Shown here: positions 12,355 to 23,420 of the stretch, one piece after another
Numbering within the stretch: position 1 is the stretch's first letter
Layout: every line of letters starts with the position of its first letter
NCBI RefSeq assembly: GCF_044324875.1
Contig: NZ_CP172185.1
Length of the DNA: 64,000 nt
Reading direction: 5' to 3' (one strand)
DNA from: Escherichia coli
GTDB lineage: Bacteria; Pseudomonadota; Gammaproteobacteria; Enterobacterales; Enterobacteriaceae
The notes under the pieces: model-generated
Database searches by the model: none
Told to the model about the DNA's origin: nothing
The model's input: only the letters and a program-made list of their open reading frames with translations
Position numbers and translations under genes: made by a program

Positions 12355-13617
12355 ATGGCACTGACTGACGCAAAAATCCGGGCTGCAAAGCACACTGACA
12401 AGGCTTATAAACTCACTGACGGGGCTGGCATGTTCCTGCTGGTACATCCTAATGGTTCCCGTTACTGGCGTCTCCGTTATCGCATTCTGGGTAAGGAGAA
12501 AACTCTGGCACTTGGTGTATACCCGGAGGTTTCTCTCTCCGAAGCTCGTACAAAACGGGATGAGGCCCGAAAACTGATTTCGGAGGGGATTGACCCTTGC
12601 GAACAGAAAAGAGCTAAAAAAGTAGTCCCTGATTTACAACTCTCTTTTGAACATATTGCACGACGCTGGCATGCCAGTAATAAACAATGGGCACAATCAC
12701 ACAGCGATAAGGTACTCAAAAGCCTCGAAACACACGTTTTCCCCTTTATCGGCAACCGGAACATCACAACACTCAATACCCCGGACCTGCTTATCCCTGT
12801 TCGTGCTGCAGAAGCTAAACAAATTTATGAAATCGCCAGTCGTCTGCAGCAAAGAATATCTGCTGTAATGCGTTATGCCGTACAGTCTGGCATCATCAGA
12901 TATAATCCTGCTCTGGATATGGCTGGCGCATTGACCTCTGTAAAACGACAGCATCGCCCCGCTCTTGATCTTTCACGTCTGCCTGAACTTCTGTCGCGTA
13001 TTAACAGTTATAAAGGTCAGCCTGTCACCCGGCTTGCTGTTATGCTGAATTTACTGGTTTTTATTCGCTCCAGTGAACTCAGATATGCCCGCTGGGCTGA
13101 AATTGATATTGACAATTCAATGTGGACTATTCCAGCCGAACGCAAACCTCTGCCAGGGGTAAAATTCTCACACCGGGGCTCCAAGATGCGAACACCACAT
13201 CTTGTGCCACTCAGCAAACAGGCTGTAGCCATACTGACAGAACTTCAGACATGGGCTGGTGAAAATGGTCTGATCTTTACGGGAGCACATGACCCGCGTA
13301 AACCAATCAGTGAAAATACCGTAAATAAGGCCCTCAGAGTGATGGGGTATGACACAACCAAGGAAGTCTGTGGCCATGGATTCCGGGCGATGGCGTGCAG
13401 TGCATTGATTGAATCAGGTTTGTGGTCCCGCGATGCTGTGGAACGTCAGATGAGCCATCAGGAGCGTAATGGTGTACGTGCTGCGTATATCCATAAAGCA
13501 GAACATCTGGAAGAACGTCGACTGATGCTACAGTGGTGGGCAGATTTTCTGGATGCGAACAGAGATAAGGGTATCAGCCCGTTTGAATATGCAAAGATTA
13601 ACAATCCATTAAAATAG
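12355..13617 (+). CDS. int: P4-type tyrosine integrase (island integrase adjacent to tRNA-Phe)
   Basis: 420 aa; MALTDAKIRAAKHTDKAYKLTDGAGMFLLVHPNGSRYWRLRYRILGKEKTLALGVYPEVSLSEARTKRDEARKL typical of P4-like integrase N-terminus; C-terminal catalytic region with HGFRA; located ~200 bp after tRNA. Confidence 0.9.
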   Translation: MALTDAKIRAAKHTDKAYKLTDGAGMFLLVHPNGSRYWRLRYRILGKEKTLALGVYPEVSLSEARTKRDEARKLISEGIDPCEQKRAKKVVPDLQLSFEHIARRWHASNKQWAQSHSDKVLKSLETHVFPFIGNRNITTLNTPDLLIPVRAAEAKQIYEIASRLQQRISAVMRYAVQSGIIRYNPALDMAGALTSVKRQHRPALDLSRLPELLSRINSYKGQPVTRLAVMLNLLVFIRSSELRYARWAEIDIDNSMWTIPAERKPLPGVKFSHRGSKMRTPHLVPLSKQAVAILTELQTWAGENGLIFTGAHDPRKPISENTVNKALRVMGYDTTKEVCGHGFRAMACSALIESGLWSRDAVERQMSHQERNGVRAAYIHKAEHLEERRLMLQWWADFLDANRDKGISPFEYAKINNPLK

Positions 13618-13620
13618 TAA

Positions 13621-13650
13621 GCAGTCCGGGCTGATTGCCCGGACTGCTTT
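13621..13650 (+). terminator. Hairpin after integrase gene
   Basis: GCAGTCCGGGC-tgatt-GCCCGGACTGC followed by TTT. Confidence 0.5.
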
Positions 13651-14068
13651 AACTGATTATTTTTCTTTGTAAATGATGACGAAGATTGATGTTCTGGCAA
13701 GTTACTCCGGCTTCCATTAAAGTCCCTTCGTCATGTTCTTCAGGCTATTTATGACTGTGATTAGCACCAGGAATATCTGGTTTCCATGAGAGCAGGTAAT
13801 AACCCCCGGTGTTTTCGGCTGTTCTGGTATCCTTGTCCAACGCAGGCAGTCATTATAAACGGTAAAAAATGTATTCACTGTTATGAAATCAATAGTCCTG
13901 ACGTACTGTTGAATGTGCTTGCGTTCTGAACCTTGTACAACCAGTACATTTGATACCGAATTATAAGCAAAACATTGCATCCAACTTTTTCAATATGGAC
14001 AATAGTTGTCCATATGGTGGTTTTATATTCGATAAATCAATGGATTTCATTGAGTCATAGGACTGGTA

Positions 14069-17000
14069 ATGGATGAAAATGCTTTAGGGTTTGCCTCATA
14101 CTGGCGCAACTCGCTTGCGGACGCTGAGTCAGGAAAGGGCAGTTTTGAACGGAAAGACGCCAAAAATTTCACTCACTGGCATGGGATAGCGGCGGGACGT
14201 CTTGACGAAGCGATTGTCAGTAAATTTTTTAAGGGAGAAAAAGACGATGTCGAAACGGTCGATGTCATCTTGCGCCCAAAAGTTTATTTCCGGTTACTGC
14301 AGCATGGTAAGGACCGTTCTGCAGGTGCGCCTGATATTGTTACCCCGATAGTGACGCCAGCCTTGCTAAGCCGTGAGGGTTTTTTATATCCGACGCCAGC
14401 GACCTCCATTCCCAGAGACCTGCTTGAACCTTTGCCAAAAGGAGCATTTTCGATTGGTGAGATTGGGCAGTATGACAAATACAAGACGACCCATACCACG
14501 TTCTCTATCAACTTTGATGACAGCGTTGATAAGACTGCCGAAACGGATGAAGAACGGGAAGAACGATATGCAGCCTTGCAGCAGGAGTGGCGTCAATATC
14601 TGGATGATTCAGAGAGGCTGCTGAAGAACGTTGCCGGCGACTGGATTAAAAATCCTGAGCAATATGAACTCGCTGAGCACGGTTATATTGTTAAAACGGC
14701 GCAATCTGGCGGTGCCAGTTTCCATATCCTTTCTCTTTATGATCACCTGCTTGTTTGCAATAAGGATGTGCCGCTCTTCAATCGATTCGCCTCGCGAGAG
14801 GTTCATGCTGCAGAGTCTTTGCTGGCCCCTGGAGCAAAATTCAGCGACAGGCTTGGACACTCCGGAGATAAGTTTCCGCTGGCAAAGGCTCAGCGCGATG
14901 CCTTAAGCCATTTTCTGGATGCTAAACATGGCGATATCCTTGCTGTTAATGGCCCTCCTGGAACCGGAAAAACCACGCTGGTGCTTTCTATCATCGCCAC
15001 GCAGTGGGCCAGAGCGGCTCTCGAAAAATCTGAGCCTCCGGTTATTATCGCGACTTCAACGAATAACCAGGCTGTAACGAACATTATTGAGGCATTCGGG
15101 AAAGACTTTTCGCAAGGTTCAGGTGCGATGGCCGGGCGATGGTTGCCAGAGCTGAAAAGCTTCGGCGCTTATTTTCCCTCAGGCAGCCGTAAAGCTGAAG
15201 CAGCCAAAAAATATCAAACTGAAGATTTCTTCAACCAGGTTGAGTCAAAAGAGTATGTAGAAGATGCACTGCTGTTTTATCTGGAAAAGGCTAAGGCAGC
15301 CTTTCCTGAAAAAGAGTGTTCATCCCCTGAAAAGGTCATTGAACTCCTGCATGGTCAGTTGGCAGCAAAATCCGAGCAACTGATAAGACTGAACGCAACA
15401 TGGCAAAAGTTAAGCCAGATTCGGGCTGCGCGTGAGCTTATTGCTAATGATATTGAGCAATATCTCAATAATTTAAATAAATTACTTTCCGGACAAGAAC
15501 AAAAAATCACTCTACTGAAGAGTGCTAAAACGGAATGGAAAAAATATCGCGCCGGTGAATCACTGATCTATTCATTATTTTCCTGGCTTCCGGCGGTTCG
15601 CAGTAAGCGACAGTACCAAATACAGCTGTTTCTCGAAGATAAATTAGGTGCGCTGATTGCAGGAAATCAATGGTCTGATCCTGAAACTATCGAACGTAAT
15701 ATTGATGGGCTGCTCAATTCCGCTGAGCGCGAGCAAACAACATACCGGCAGCAGATTGACTCCGCCCATGAAATCATTCTTAAAGAACAGCAGGCGGTTC
15801 AGGAGTGGCAGAGACTGGCTCTTGATTTAGGGTATGAGGGCGACGAGGAACTGAGCTTCTCACAGGCCGATGAACTGGCTGATACGCAGATTCGCTTCCC
15901 TGCATTTTTACTGACGACTCACTACTGGGAAGGTCGTTGGCTGATGGATATGGCCAGCATTGATGATCTGCAGGAAGAGAAGAAGAAAAAAGGCGCTAAA
16001 GGGGTAACCGCCCGTTGGCAACGTCGAATGAAACTCACTCCATGTGTGGTGATGACATGCTATATGCTGCCCGGCAATATGCAGATAAGTGAGCACAAAG
16101 GACAGCGTAAATTCGAGAAAAGTTATTTGTATGATTTTGCCGATTTACTCATTGTCGATGAAGCCGGGCAGGTGCTTCCTGAAGTGGCTGCTGCCTCGTT
16201 TGCATTAGCTAAGAAGGCATTAGTGATTGGCGATACGGAGCAGATCCCGCCAATATGGAGTATTGCTCCTGCGATTGATATCGGTAACATGCTGGCGGAA
16301 AAAATTCTGTCTGGCAGTACGCAAGAAGAGATTACCGAGAAATATACGGCAATCGCAGACCTTGGTAAAAGTGCCGCATCTGGCAGCGTTATGAAAATAG
16401 CGCAGTTTGCTTCGCGCTATCAATATGATCCCGAACTGGCTCGTGGTATGTACCTATATGAACACCGCCGGTGCTACGACAATATTATTGGATACTGTAA
16501 TACGCTCTGCTATCACGGTAAGTTGTTGCCTAAAAGAGGGCGTGAAGAGAGCAATTTAATGCCCGCAATGGGGTATCTCCATATTGATGGTAAAGGAGAG
16601 CTGGCAAGTAGTGGAAGTCGATATAATTTGCTTGAGGCTGAAACGATAGCGGTCTGGTTGGCAGAGAACCAGCAAAATATTGAAGCGCATTACGGTAAAT
16701 CGCTTCATGAAGTTGTCGGTATTGTGACGCCTTTTAGCGCTCAGGTATCCACTATCAAACAGGTGCTGGGCAAACAAGGTATCAGTACAGGCACGAATGA
16801 AAAGTCGCTCACAGTGGGCACCGTGCACTCTCTTCAGGGAGCGGAAAGAGCGATTGTGATATTCTCGCCAGTCTATTCAAAACATGAAGACGGCGGGTTT
16901 ATTGATAGCGATAACAGCATGCTGAATGTTGCAGTCTCCCGTGCGAAGGACAGTTTTCTGGTCTTCGGCGATATGGACCTGTTTGAGGTCCAGCCAGCCT

Positions 17001-17584
17001 CATCGCCACGGGGATTACTGGCAAAATACCTCTTTGAGTCAGAGAAGAATGCGCTCTCTTTTGATTATAAAGAGCGTAAGGATTTAAAAACCGCCGGGAC
17101 CAAAATCTACACACTTCATGGTGTGGAGCAACATGATAATTTCCTGAATCAGACATTTGAAAATACCAGTAAACACATCACGATAGTTTCTCCATGGCTG
17201 ACCTGGCAAAGGCTGGAGCAAACCGGTTTTCTTGATTCCATGATTGCGGCGTGTTCACGTGGAATTAACGTCACGATAGTCACTGACAGAAGCTACAACA
17301 CTGAACATAATGATTTTGAGAAGCGAAAAGAGAAGCAGCAGAACTTTAAAGCGGCGCTGGAGAAACTGAATGCGCTGGGTATTGCTACAAAGCTGGTAAA
17401 CCGTGTTCATAGCAAAATTGTTATTGGTGATGATGGTTTGCTGTGCGTGGGATCGTTCAACTGGTTTAGTGCGACACGGGAAGCGCGATATGAACGATAC
17501 GATACATCAATGGTTTATTGCGGTGATAACCTGAAGGGTGAGATTGAGGCTATTTATAATAGTCTTGAGAGGCGGCAGGTTTAG
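14069..17584 (+). CDS. Large fusion protein: unknown N-terminal domain + Upf1-like SF1 helicase core + C-terminal PLD-family (single HKD) nuclease domain; candidate defence protein
   Basis: 1171 aa; Walker A GPPGTGKT (~aa 295), Walker B/motif [11 protein letters not shown] (~aa 695), motif V-like [11 protein letters not shown], motif VI-like VAVSRAKD, then HSKIVIGDD (HxK(x)4D) near aa 1114; first cargo gene after island integrase. Confidence 0.9.
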   Translation: MDENALGFASYWRNSLADAESGKGSFERKDAKNFTHWHGIAAGRLDEAIVSKFFKGEKDDVETVDVILRPKVYFRLLQHGKDRSAGAPDIVTPIVTPALLSREGFLYPTPATSIPRDLLEPLPKGAFSIGEIGQYDKYKTTHTTFSINFDDSVDKTAETDEEREERYAALQQEWRQYLDDSERLLKNVAGDWIKNPEQYELAEHGYIVKTAQSGGASFHILSLYDHLLVCNKDVPLFNRFASREVHAAESLLAPGAKFSDRLGHSGDKFPLAKAQRDALSHFLDAKHGDILAVNGPPGTGKTTLVLSIIATQWARAALEKSEPPVIIATSTNNQAVTNIIEAFGKDFSQGSGAMAGRWLPELKSFGAYFPSGSRKAEAAKKYQTEDFFNQVESKEYVEDALLFYLEKAKAAFPEKECSSPEKVIELLHGQLAAKSEQLIRLNATWQKLSQIRAARELIANDIEQYLNNLNKLLSGQEQKITLLKSAKTEWKKYRAGESLIYSLFSWLPAVRSKRQYQIQLFLEDKLGALIAGNQWSDPETIERNIDGLLNSAEREQTTYRQQIDSAHEIILKEQQAVQEWQRLALDLGYEGDEELSFSQADELADTQIRFPAFLLTTHYWEGRWLMDMASIDDLQEEKKKKGAKGVTARWQRRMKLTPCVVMTCYMLPGNMQISEHKGQRKFEKSYLYDFADLLIVDEAGQVLPEVAAASFALAKKALVIGDTEQIPPIWSIAPAIDIGNMLAEKILSGSTQEEITEKYTAIADLGKSAASGSVMKIAQFASRYQYDPELARGMYLYEHRRCYDNIIGYCNTLCYHGKLLPKRGREESNLMPAMGYLHIDGKGELASSGSRYNLLEAETIAVWLAENQQNIEAHYGKSLHEVVGIVTPFSAQVSTIKQVLGKQGISTGTNEKSLTVGTVHSLQGAERAIVIFSPVYSKHEDGGFIDSDNSMLNVAVSRAKDSFLVFGDMDLFEVQPASSPRGLLAKYLFESEKNALSFDYKERKDLKTAGTKIYTLHGVEQHDNFLNQTFENTSKHITIVSPWLTWQRLEQTGFLDSMIAACSRGINVTIVTDRSYNTEHNDFEKRKEKQQNFKAALEKLNALGIATKLVNRVHSKIVIGDDGLLCVGSFNWFSATREARYERYDTSMVYCGDNLKGEIEAIYNSLERRQV

Positions 17585-17600
17585 AGCAGGAATGGTGAGT

Positions 17601-17637
17601 AGCCATCTTACCGATCGTTTTCGAGCGTAAGATGGCT
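17601..17637. other. 11-bp inverted repeat hairpin between convergent genes (possible bidirectional terminator)
   Basis: AGCCATCTTAC ...15 nt... GTAAGATGGCT between stop of helicase-PLD gene and stop of minus-strand sulfatase-family gene. Confidence 0.35.
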
Positions 17638-17692
17638 GAATGGAATGGCTATTATTGCACAGTCCTTAATTATAACATTCATACCGACATGA

Positions 17693-19192
17693 TTATCTTC
17701 TGCCCGGAAGAATCAGAGGCTGTGGTTTCAGACTGTCTGCCGGTACATTCCTGTCTCCGTTAAAAACAATAACGGGTTCATTATCTTCGTCTGTCAGCGG
17801 ATTGAATGGCGGTATATTTTCAGTACGAATGCCGGTCAGCCACTGAAAAATACCTGCGAAATGACGGGCACTGATTTTTCTGCTGACGGACTGATGAGAC
17901 GTGATGTCACTGGCGGTAATAATCAGGGGAACGCTGTAGCCTCCTTGTATATGGCCATCATGATGAACAGGATTAGCACTGTCGCTGACCGACAGACCAT
18001 GGTCAGAAAAGTAAAGCATGGCAAAATGACGGGAGTGCCGGCGAAGGATACCATCAAGCTGACCGAGAAAGTTATCCAGTTTACTGATGCTGGCGAGGTA
18101 ACAGGCAATCTTTCGGGGATACTGCTCCAGGTAATGATTCGGCCAGGAGTTAAGTCGGTCACACGGATTCGGATGAGAGCCAATCATGTGCAGGAATATC
18201 ACCTTCGGAGAGGATTTATCCGCCAGTGCACGTTCTGTTTCCTGTAACAACAACATGTCATCCGTTTTACGGGAAGCAAAGCTGCCTTTCTTGAGGAAAA
18301 CGGTATGCTCCGCATCAGAAGCAATAACAGAGATGCGTGTATCATGCTCCCCCAGTTTTCCCTGATTGGATATCCACCATGTGCTGTATCCTGCTTTTGC
18401 TGCCAGCGCCACCACGTTGTTGCCGGAGTCAGGGTTCTGCTCATAGTCATAAATCAGTGTCCGGCTCAGGGAAGGTACGGTACTGGCTGCTGCCGATGTA
18501 TAGCCGTCAATAAATAAACCGGGAGCCGTATTCAGCCATGGTGTGGTTGGCACGGGATAGCCATATACCGACATATAATCCCTGCGCACACTCTCACCAG
18601 TAACGATAACAATCGTGTCATACAACGGTGTTCCCGGCAGGATTTTCCAGTTGTCAGCCCCGTGCTGACTCAGTTGTTTATAACGCTGCATTTCACGCAA
18701 TGTGTCAGTTGTTCCCACAACAATTCCTTTAACCATCCGCAACGGCCAGCTGTTTACAGAGCATAATACGAACAGCAGCAGTGCCAGCCAGTTACGGTGA
18801 CCGCGGTGGTGTGTCCGCCAGAAAATCACCATGAATACCAGAATCGCGGCACTGACCAGAAAATGATAAACAGGAATCATCCCGGTAAACTCTGCAGCCT
18901 CATCAGCCGTGGTCTGCAGCAACGCGACAATAAAACTGTTGTTGATTTTACCGTACGTCATACCCGCAGGCGCATACAGTGCACAACAGAACAGAAATAA
19001 CAGCGTTGTAATGGATGTGAGGGTATTTCTGTGTGCAAGGAGCAGAAGGAGAAACAGAAGCAGCACATTTCCTGTGGCATTCTTCTCAGTGTATCCGCAT
19101 GCAATTGTGGTTATCACAGAAATAACAAAAAAGAATAAAAACAATAAAATCCGGGGTGTGTCGCCCGGACAAAACAGTTTTCTGATATTCAT
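17693..19192 (-). CDS. Sulfatase-family integral membrane enzyme (phosphoethanolamine-transferase-like)
   Basis: 499 aa; hydrophobic N-terminal TM region followed by soluble domain with HMIGSHPNPCDRL-type motif typical of alkaline-phosphatase/sulfatase superfamily transferases. Confidence 0.55.
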   Translation of the reverse strand: MNIRKLFCPGDTPRILLFLFFFVISVITTIACGYTEKNATGNVLLLFLLLLLAHRNTLTSITTLLFLFCCALYAPAGMTYGKINNSFIVALLQTTADEAAEFTGMIPVYHFLVSAAILVFMVIFWRTHHRGHRNWLALLLFVLCSVNSWPLRMVKGIVVGTTDTLREMQRYKQLSQHGADNWKILPGTPLYDTIVIVTGESVRRDYMSVYGYPVPTTPWLNTAPGLFIDGYTSAAASTVPSLSRTLIYDYEQNPDSGNNVVALAAKAGYSTWWISNQGKLGEHDTRISVIASDAEHTVFLKKGSFASRKTDDMLLLQETERALADKSSPKVIFLHMIGSHPNPCDRLNSWPNHYLEQYPRKIACYLASISKLDNFLGQLDGILRRHSRHFAMLYFSDHGLSVSDSANPVHHDGHIQGGYSVPLIITASDITSHQSVSRKISARHFAGIFQWLTGIRTENIPPFNPLTDEDNEPVIVFNGDRNVPADSLKPQPLILPGRR

Positions 19193-19373
19193 CGGAGTAT
19201 ATCGACAACATTATTATGAAGAGAACAGGATAATAAAAATCAGAAATTATCTGTAAAACAGATAACAGACAACCCTGCAGCAATAGACTGCAGGGTGTTT
19301 CTGTTTAATTGCAGAAGATATACAATTATATTAATTACAGAATATTCGTGATTATCTCTCGGGAACAGTGTTG

Positions 19374-20114
19374 TCAGAAGTTATAAGTCACACCAAGCAT
19401 GATGTCATGACTTTTAACATCAACTTCTGACTTATATTTATCGCCCCACTCGTCCTTGTAACTCACACTGCTGTCACCTGCATCAAGATAGCGATAGCTG
19501 AGGTCCAGAGCGATATCCGGGGTTACGTCATAGCGGACACCCGCGCCAAGGTTCCATGCGAAGTTGTCAGCAGAGCCTGAACGTGACAACGATTCGCGAC
19601 CACTGCTTCCGTACTCATAATCCCAGGTACTGATACCGGTTGTTTTCTGGTGAATTCTGGCGTAGCCAATCCCTGCAGATATCCAAGGTGTGAATGCGCT
19701 GTCATTCCGGAAGTCATAGTACGCATTCAGCATTAGTGTGTTGACTGACACCTCATTCTTCAGGTCATCACGCCAGTAACCACCTGACCAACTGTCTTTA
19801 TCTACGTTATACTTCGAATCAGCTTTTCCACGAGCGTAAAACTCCAGTTCTGTACGAACCGGAATACTGAACTGCGGATAAAAATCATAACCAGCCGCGA
19901 TACCACCACTGAATACCGTATCATGGTCATCGCCGCCTTTATACTTTGACGTTTCTTCCTCATCTCCTGACAGGAAACGCTGGTCTGAAAGTGACACCAC
20001 AGAGGTACCGGCTTTACCGGTCAGATAAAAACCGCTTTTACCTTCCTCAGCACCTGCATTTGCTGCAAATACACAGGCTGCGGCCACCACTGAAACAGCA
20101 AAAACCTTTTTCAT
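19374..20114 (-). CDS. Outer-membrane beta-barrel protein (OmpA-like transmembrane barrel family)
   Basis: 246 aa; signal peptide MKKVFAVSVVAAACVFAANA; alternating aromatic/hydrophobic strands; C-terminal ...GVTYNF terminal Phe. Confidence 0.6.
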   Translation of the reverse strand: MKKVFAVSVVAAACVFAANAGAEEGKSGFYLTGKAGTSVVSLSDQRFLSGDEEETSKYKGGDDHDTVFSGGIAAGYDFYPQFSIPVRTELEFYARGKADSKYNVDKDSWSGGYWRDDLKNEVSVNTLMLNAYYDFRNDSAFTPWISAGIGYARIHQKTTGISTWDYEYGSSGRESLSRSGSADNFAWNLGAGVRYDVTPDIALDLSYRYLDAGDSSVSYKDEWGDKYKSEVDVKSHDIMLGVTYNF

Positions 20115-20569
20115 TTCAATTATCTCCGTTATTGCTCCGTTGCTGCAAGCAGTACTCAGTGCATTTTAAAACCCGCCATGCTATAGCCTCAATCGAATAA
20201 AATCGATCGAATCGATCGATGATATCGATCGTCATTAACCAGAAATTTTTATCGTATTCAGTCAGCACAGACACAACAAATGCATGCCATGCAGGCAGCC
20301 ATGCCCCGTCGCGACAGATGGTAGCAGTGGGCTGGCGAAGAGCAGAATTAATAAAATTTGTTTATTCTGTCAGGAGATAAGGTGTCACCTGTTCATGAAC
20401 ACAATTAAGGAAGAGACATACATGAGCTGACTGGCAGTCCAGAGTGCATGCGGTTACAAGCCGGAAAGGTGAACCGGTATAACCAGTGAGCAGAGTTTGT
20501 GAAGGGGGGATATAAAAAAGCCCACTGCATGGCTGCGGGTAAAGAGTCAGTTATTTCCGGCGTTTTTCA

Positions 20570-20950
20570 AGGTAGTTGTCGCCTGATGTAATAAAATTAC
20601 GTTATGCCGCTTCTTTTTCTGGATTCAGATAAACTGCCTGAATGAGTTCCCAGTCACGCAACTGTTTGCTCCAGCGCTCAGGATGACGCTTGCGAGCTTC
20701 GCGATAAACTTTTTTTCTGGCTTCCAGTATTTGTGCATCAATTCCGCGATGGCGTTCATCCGGAGTAACATACTTAATACCGCTGTGCTTGTGTTCCAGG
20801 TTGTACCATTACGTGAACTTGCTTAACCAACTTCTGGCTTCATCTATGGTTCGAAAACCATTCTCCGGCCACCATGAACAATACTTAATCGTCCGGAAGA
20901 GCGATTCGGAATAAAGAAGTGTTACTGGCAGTTCTTTCATCGCATCAGTG
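20570..20950 (-). pseudogene. IS3-family transposase C-terminal remnant
   Basis: Minus-strand translation ...GIKYVTPDERHRGIDAQILEARKKVYREARKRHPERWS... and ...NGFRTIDEARSWLSKF... resembles transposase C-terminus; no intact ORF. Confidence 0.45.
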
Positions 20951-20969
20951 AAAACCAGCAGGGCACTGC

Positions 20970-21391
20970 TCACCAGAGCAACACAGGAAAGTGAACCCGA
21001 ACAAAAGTTCCTGTACCATTTTCTCCCAGCAGACGTGAGGCTTGTTCCAGTGACGCTGGTATACGTCCCAGCCGGACATCAAGTGCGCCGATGGCTATTG
21101 CCTGAAATCGCATCGTACAGCAAATCACCAACAGGACACCGACAGACATTAAAGGTAACCCCCTGTAATCCAGTAGTTCCGCCAGCCAGCGGTCATTTAG
21201 GGAGTCAGAAAACCAATCGCCAGAATCGTGCCCGGAAAGGCATAACCCAGCGACGCCCCTCTCATCACACCGCGCCTGAACAGTGGCATAGCGTTGAGGA
21301 ATTCCGGGCATTCCAGACTACGAGCAGACTGACAAAAATTACGACAAAGCGTTGAAGGAAGCCAGCGCGCGGACTGACAGGACTTTACCAT
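20970..21391 (-). pseudogene. Degraded ABC-transporter permease fragment
   Basis: Fragments with EAA-loop-like sequence (IPASLEQASRLLGENGTGTFVRVHFPVLL) in two frames; no intact gene. Confidence 0.4.
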
Positions 21392-21440
21392 AAAAACACA
21401 GGCTAACCGCGCCTGCGTTTTTAATGACGGATAAACAGAA

Positions 21441-23420
21441 TCAGGTGCCGATTATGCCGCCGTCGGCTTTTACGATAACGACAGTTGAGGAGCGCGGACG
21501 ACCAGCCTTATCGCCGTCAGGCCAGCTTGATACTGCCGTCGGATGCTGCGGATCGCTAAGCCCTTCGCTTGGCTCGCCAGGGTGCTGGATGTTAATAAAC
21601 AGCGTCCGGTTATCCGGAGTGAACGCGATGCCGGTGATTTCGCAGCCGCGCGGGCCGGTCAGGAAGCGGCGGAACTCATTGGTACCGGGGATCGTCGCCA
21701 CCATCTGGTTGTTGCCCATGCCTTTGTAATCTTTACTATTGATGGTTGATGACGACACGTCGGTCTGGATCCATAGCACGCCGCGGTGATCGAAGCTCAG
21801 GCCATCGGCGCTGCCGAATTCCGCCCCCTTCATGCTGCCTTTGGTTTCCGGTTTGTCCGTATCGGTGCGACCGCCCATCACAAGAATATCCCAGGCAAAC
21901 TGCAGCGCGGTCGGGTCACCGTTATGCTCCAACCAGTGAATGATGTGGCCGTAAACGTTTTTGGCGCGCGGGTTGGCCGCATCCACTGGCGCTTTTCCTT
22001 CCTTACCGCGATCGCTGTTGTTGGTGAGCGTGCAGTAAACGCTGCCGGCGTGATATGGATCGACCGCAATCCACTCCGGGCGGTCCATTTTAGTGGCCCC
22101 CACGGCGTCTGCCGCCAGACGGGTTTTAATCAACAGGTCGCCCTGGTTTTCAAACCCTTTACTGGCGTCGAGCCCATTTTGTCCGAACACCAGCGGTAGC
22201 CACTCGCCTTTGCCGTCGTCGTTAAATTTCGCCACGTACAGAGTGCCTTTTTCCAGCAGGTGCATGTTGGCTTTGCGATCCTGCGGGTTGAATTTTCCTT
22301 CCGAGACAAATTTATATATGTATTCGAATTTCTGGTCATCGCCCATATAGACCACAACGCGGTTATCCGGGGCAATTGTCACCGCTGCGCCTTCGTGTTT
22401 GATGCGACCAAGCGCGGTGTGCTTGCGCGGCACTGAATGCGGATCGTATGGATCGATTTCCACCACCCAGCCGAAGCGGTTCGGCTCGTTCGGCGTGGCG
22501 TCGACGCTGAACCTTTTATCCACTTCGTTCCAGCGGTAAGAGTCGTCGCTCCCGCTGATACCGTAACGTTTTTCCAGCGGGTTCATCTCTGCTTTTTTTA
22601 CGAAAATATCGGACCAGTTCTCTTCACACGTCAGATAGGTGCCCCACGGCGTAAATCCGTTGGCACAGTTCTGCATGGTGCCGAGAATGATTTCGCCTTT
22701 CGGATCGTCAACTGTTTGCATCAGTGGGTTATGCAGCGCCGGACCGGTGATTTTCATCGGCGTGTTAACGGTGATGCGGCGTGCGAAAGATGACGGGCGC
22801 ACCACTTCCCAGCCCAGGGGCACTTTTTTTACTTCAATGACCGACACGCCCATCGCGTTCTGGCCTTTAAGAGCTTTATCGGCGCTCCAGTTGGCATCGC
22901 CATCTTTAAACAGTAGACCGTTATCGATGTATTCATGGTTTATGGCAAGCAGGCCGTGATCGGAGCTGTTCCCGCCCTGCGGCAGGCTAAACCACGCCAT
23001 GCCGTCGTGGTGCATCCCGGCCTGCGCCGCCTGTTCTTCCGTGGTGTTGCTACCGTCGGTTTTAAAAACCGGCAGATTTCCGGCAATCCCGGTGGCGTCG
23101 CCCCATTTGTAGAAGGGCTTCGCGATGTATCCTTCCGGCACGATAACGGTATCTTCCGTGGAAACCGGCAGGCTGGTGAAACCGAGCGTCGTCGCTTTGC
23201 CGAGGTTACCGCTTGCTTTGGAGACCACTTTCGCCAGCGCGTTTTCCTGTTTCAGCAGAAATGGGAACGCTGCCGCGGCACCGGCGACCGTGCCGGCCTG
23301 TAACAGACGGCGGCGTGACAAATAAACTTCCGCCACCTGCGAAAACGCGCGGTTATCGCTCGGGTTACTGATTTCTTCACTATGCTCACGTTTGAATAAA
23401 GTTTTTAACGGTCTGCCCAT
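21441..23420 (-). CDS. Tat-secreted PhoX-like (DUF839-type) phosphatase
   Basis: 659 aa; twin-arginine signal SRRRLLQAGTVAGAAAAFPF; size and composition consistent with PhoX family; family call not verified. Confidence 0.5.
   Translation of the reverse strand: MGRPLKTLFKREHSEEISNPSDNRAFSQVAEVYLSRRRLLQAGTVAGAAAAFPFLLKQENALAKVVSKASGNLGKATTLGFTSLPVSTEDTVIVPEGYIAKPFYKWGDATGIAGNLPVFKTDGSNTTEEQAAQAGMHHDGMAWFSLPQGGNSSDHGLLAINHEYIDNGLLFKDGDANWSADKALKGQNAMGVSVIEVKKVPLGWEVVRPSSFARRITVNTPMKITGPALHNPLMQTVDDPKGEIILGTMQNCANGFTPWGTYLTCEENWSDIFVKKAEMNPLEKRYGISGSDDSYRWNEVDKRFSVDATPNEPNRFGWVVEIDPYDPHSVPRKHTALGRIKHEGAAVTIAPDNRVVVYMGDDQKFEYIYKFVSEGKFNPQDRKANMHLLEKGTLYVAKFNDDGKGEWLPLVFGQNGLDASKGFENQGDLLIKTRLAADAVGATKMDRPEWIAVDPYHAGSVYCTLTNNSDRGKEGKAPVDAANPRAKNVYGHIIHWLEHNGDPTALQFAWDILVMGGRTDTDKPETKGSMKGAEFGSADGLSFDHRGVLWIQTDVSSSTINSKDYKGMGNNQMVATIPGTNEFRRFLTGPRGCEITGIAFTPDNRTLFINIQHPGEPSEGLSDPQHPTAVSSWPDGDKAGRPRSSTVVIVKADGGIIGT

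Noticed and set aside
14069-17584. Helicase-PLD protein considered as conjugative relaxase/TraA-RecD-like helicase or type I restriction subunit
   Set aside because: No relaxase domain, no methyltransferase or specificity partner genes, and the motif set (DEAGQ, single C-terminal HKD) fits an Upf1-like helicase with PLD nuclease better; still needs profile-search confirmation
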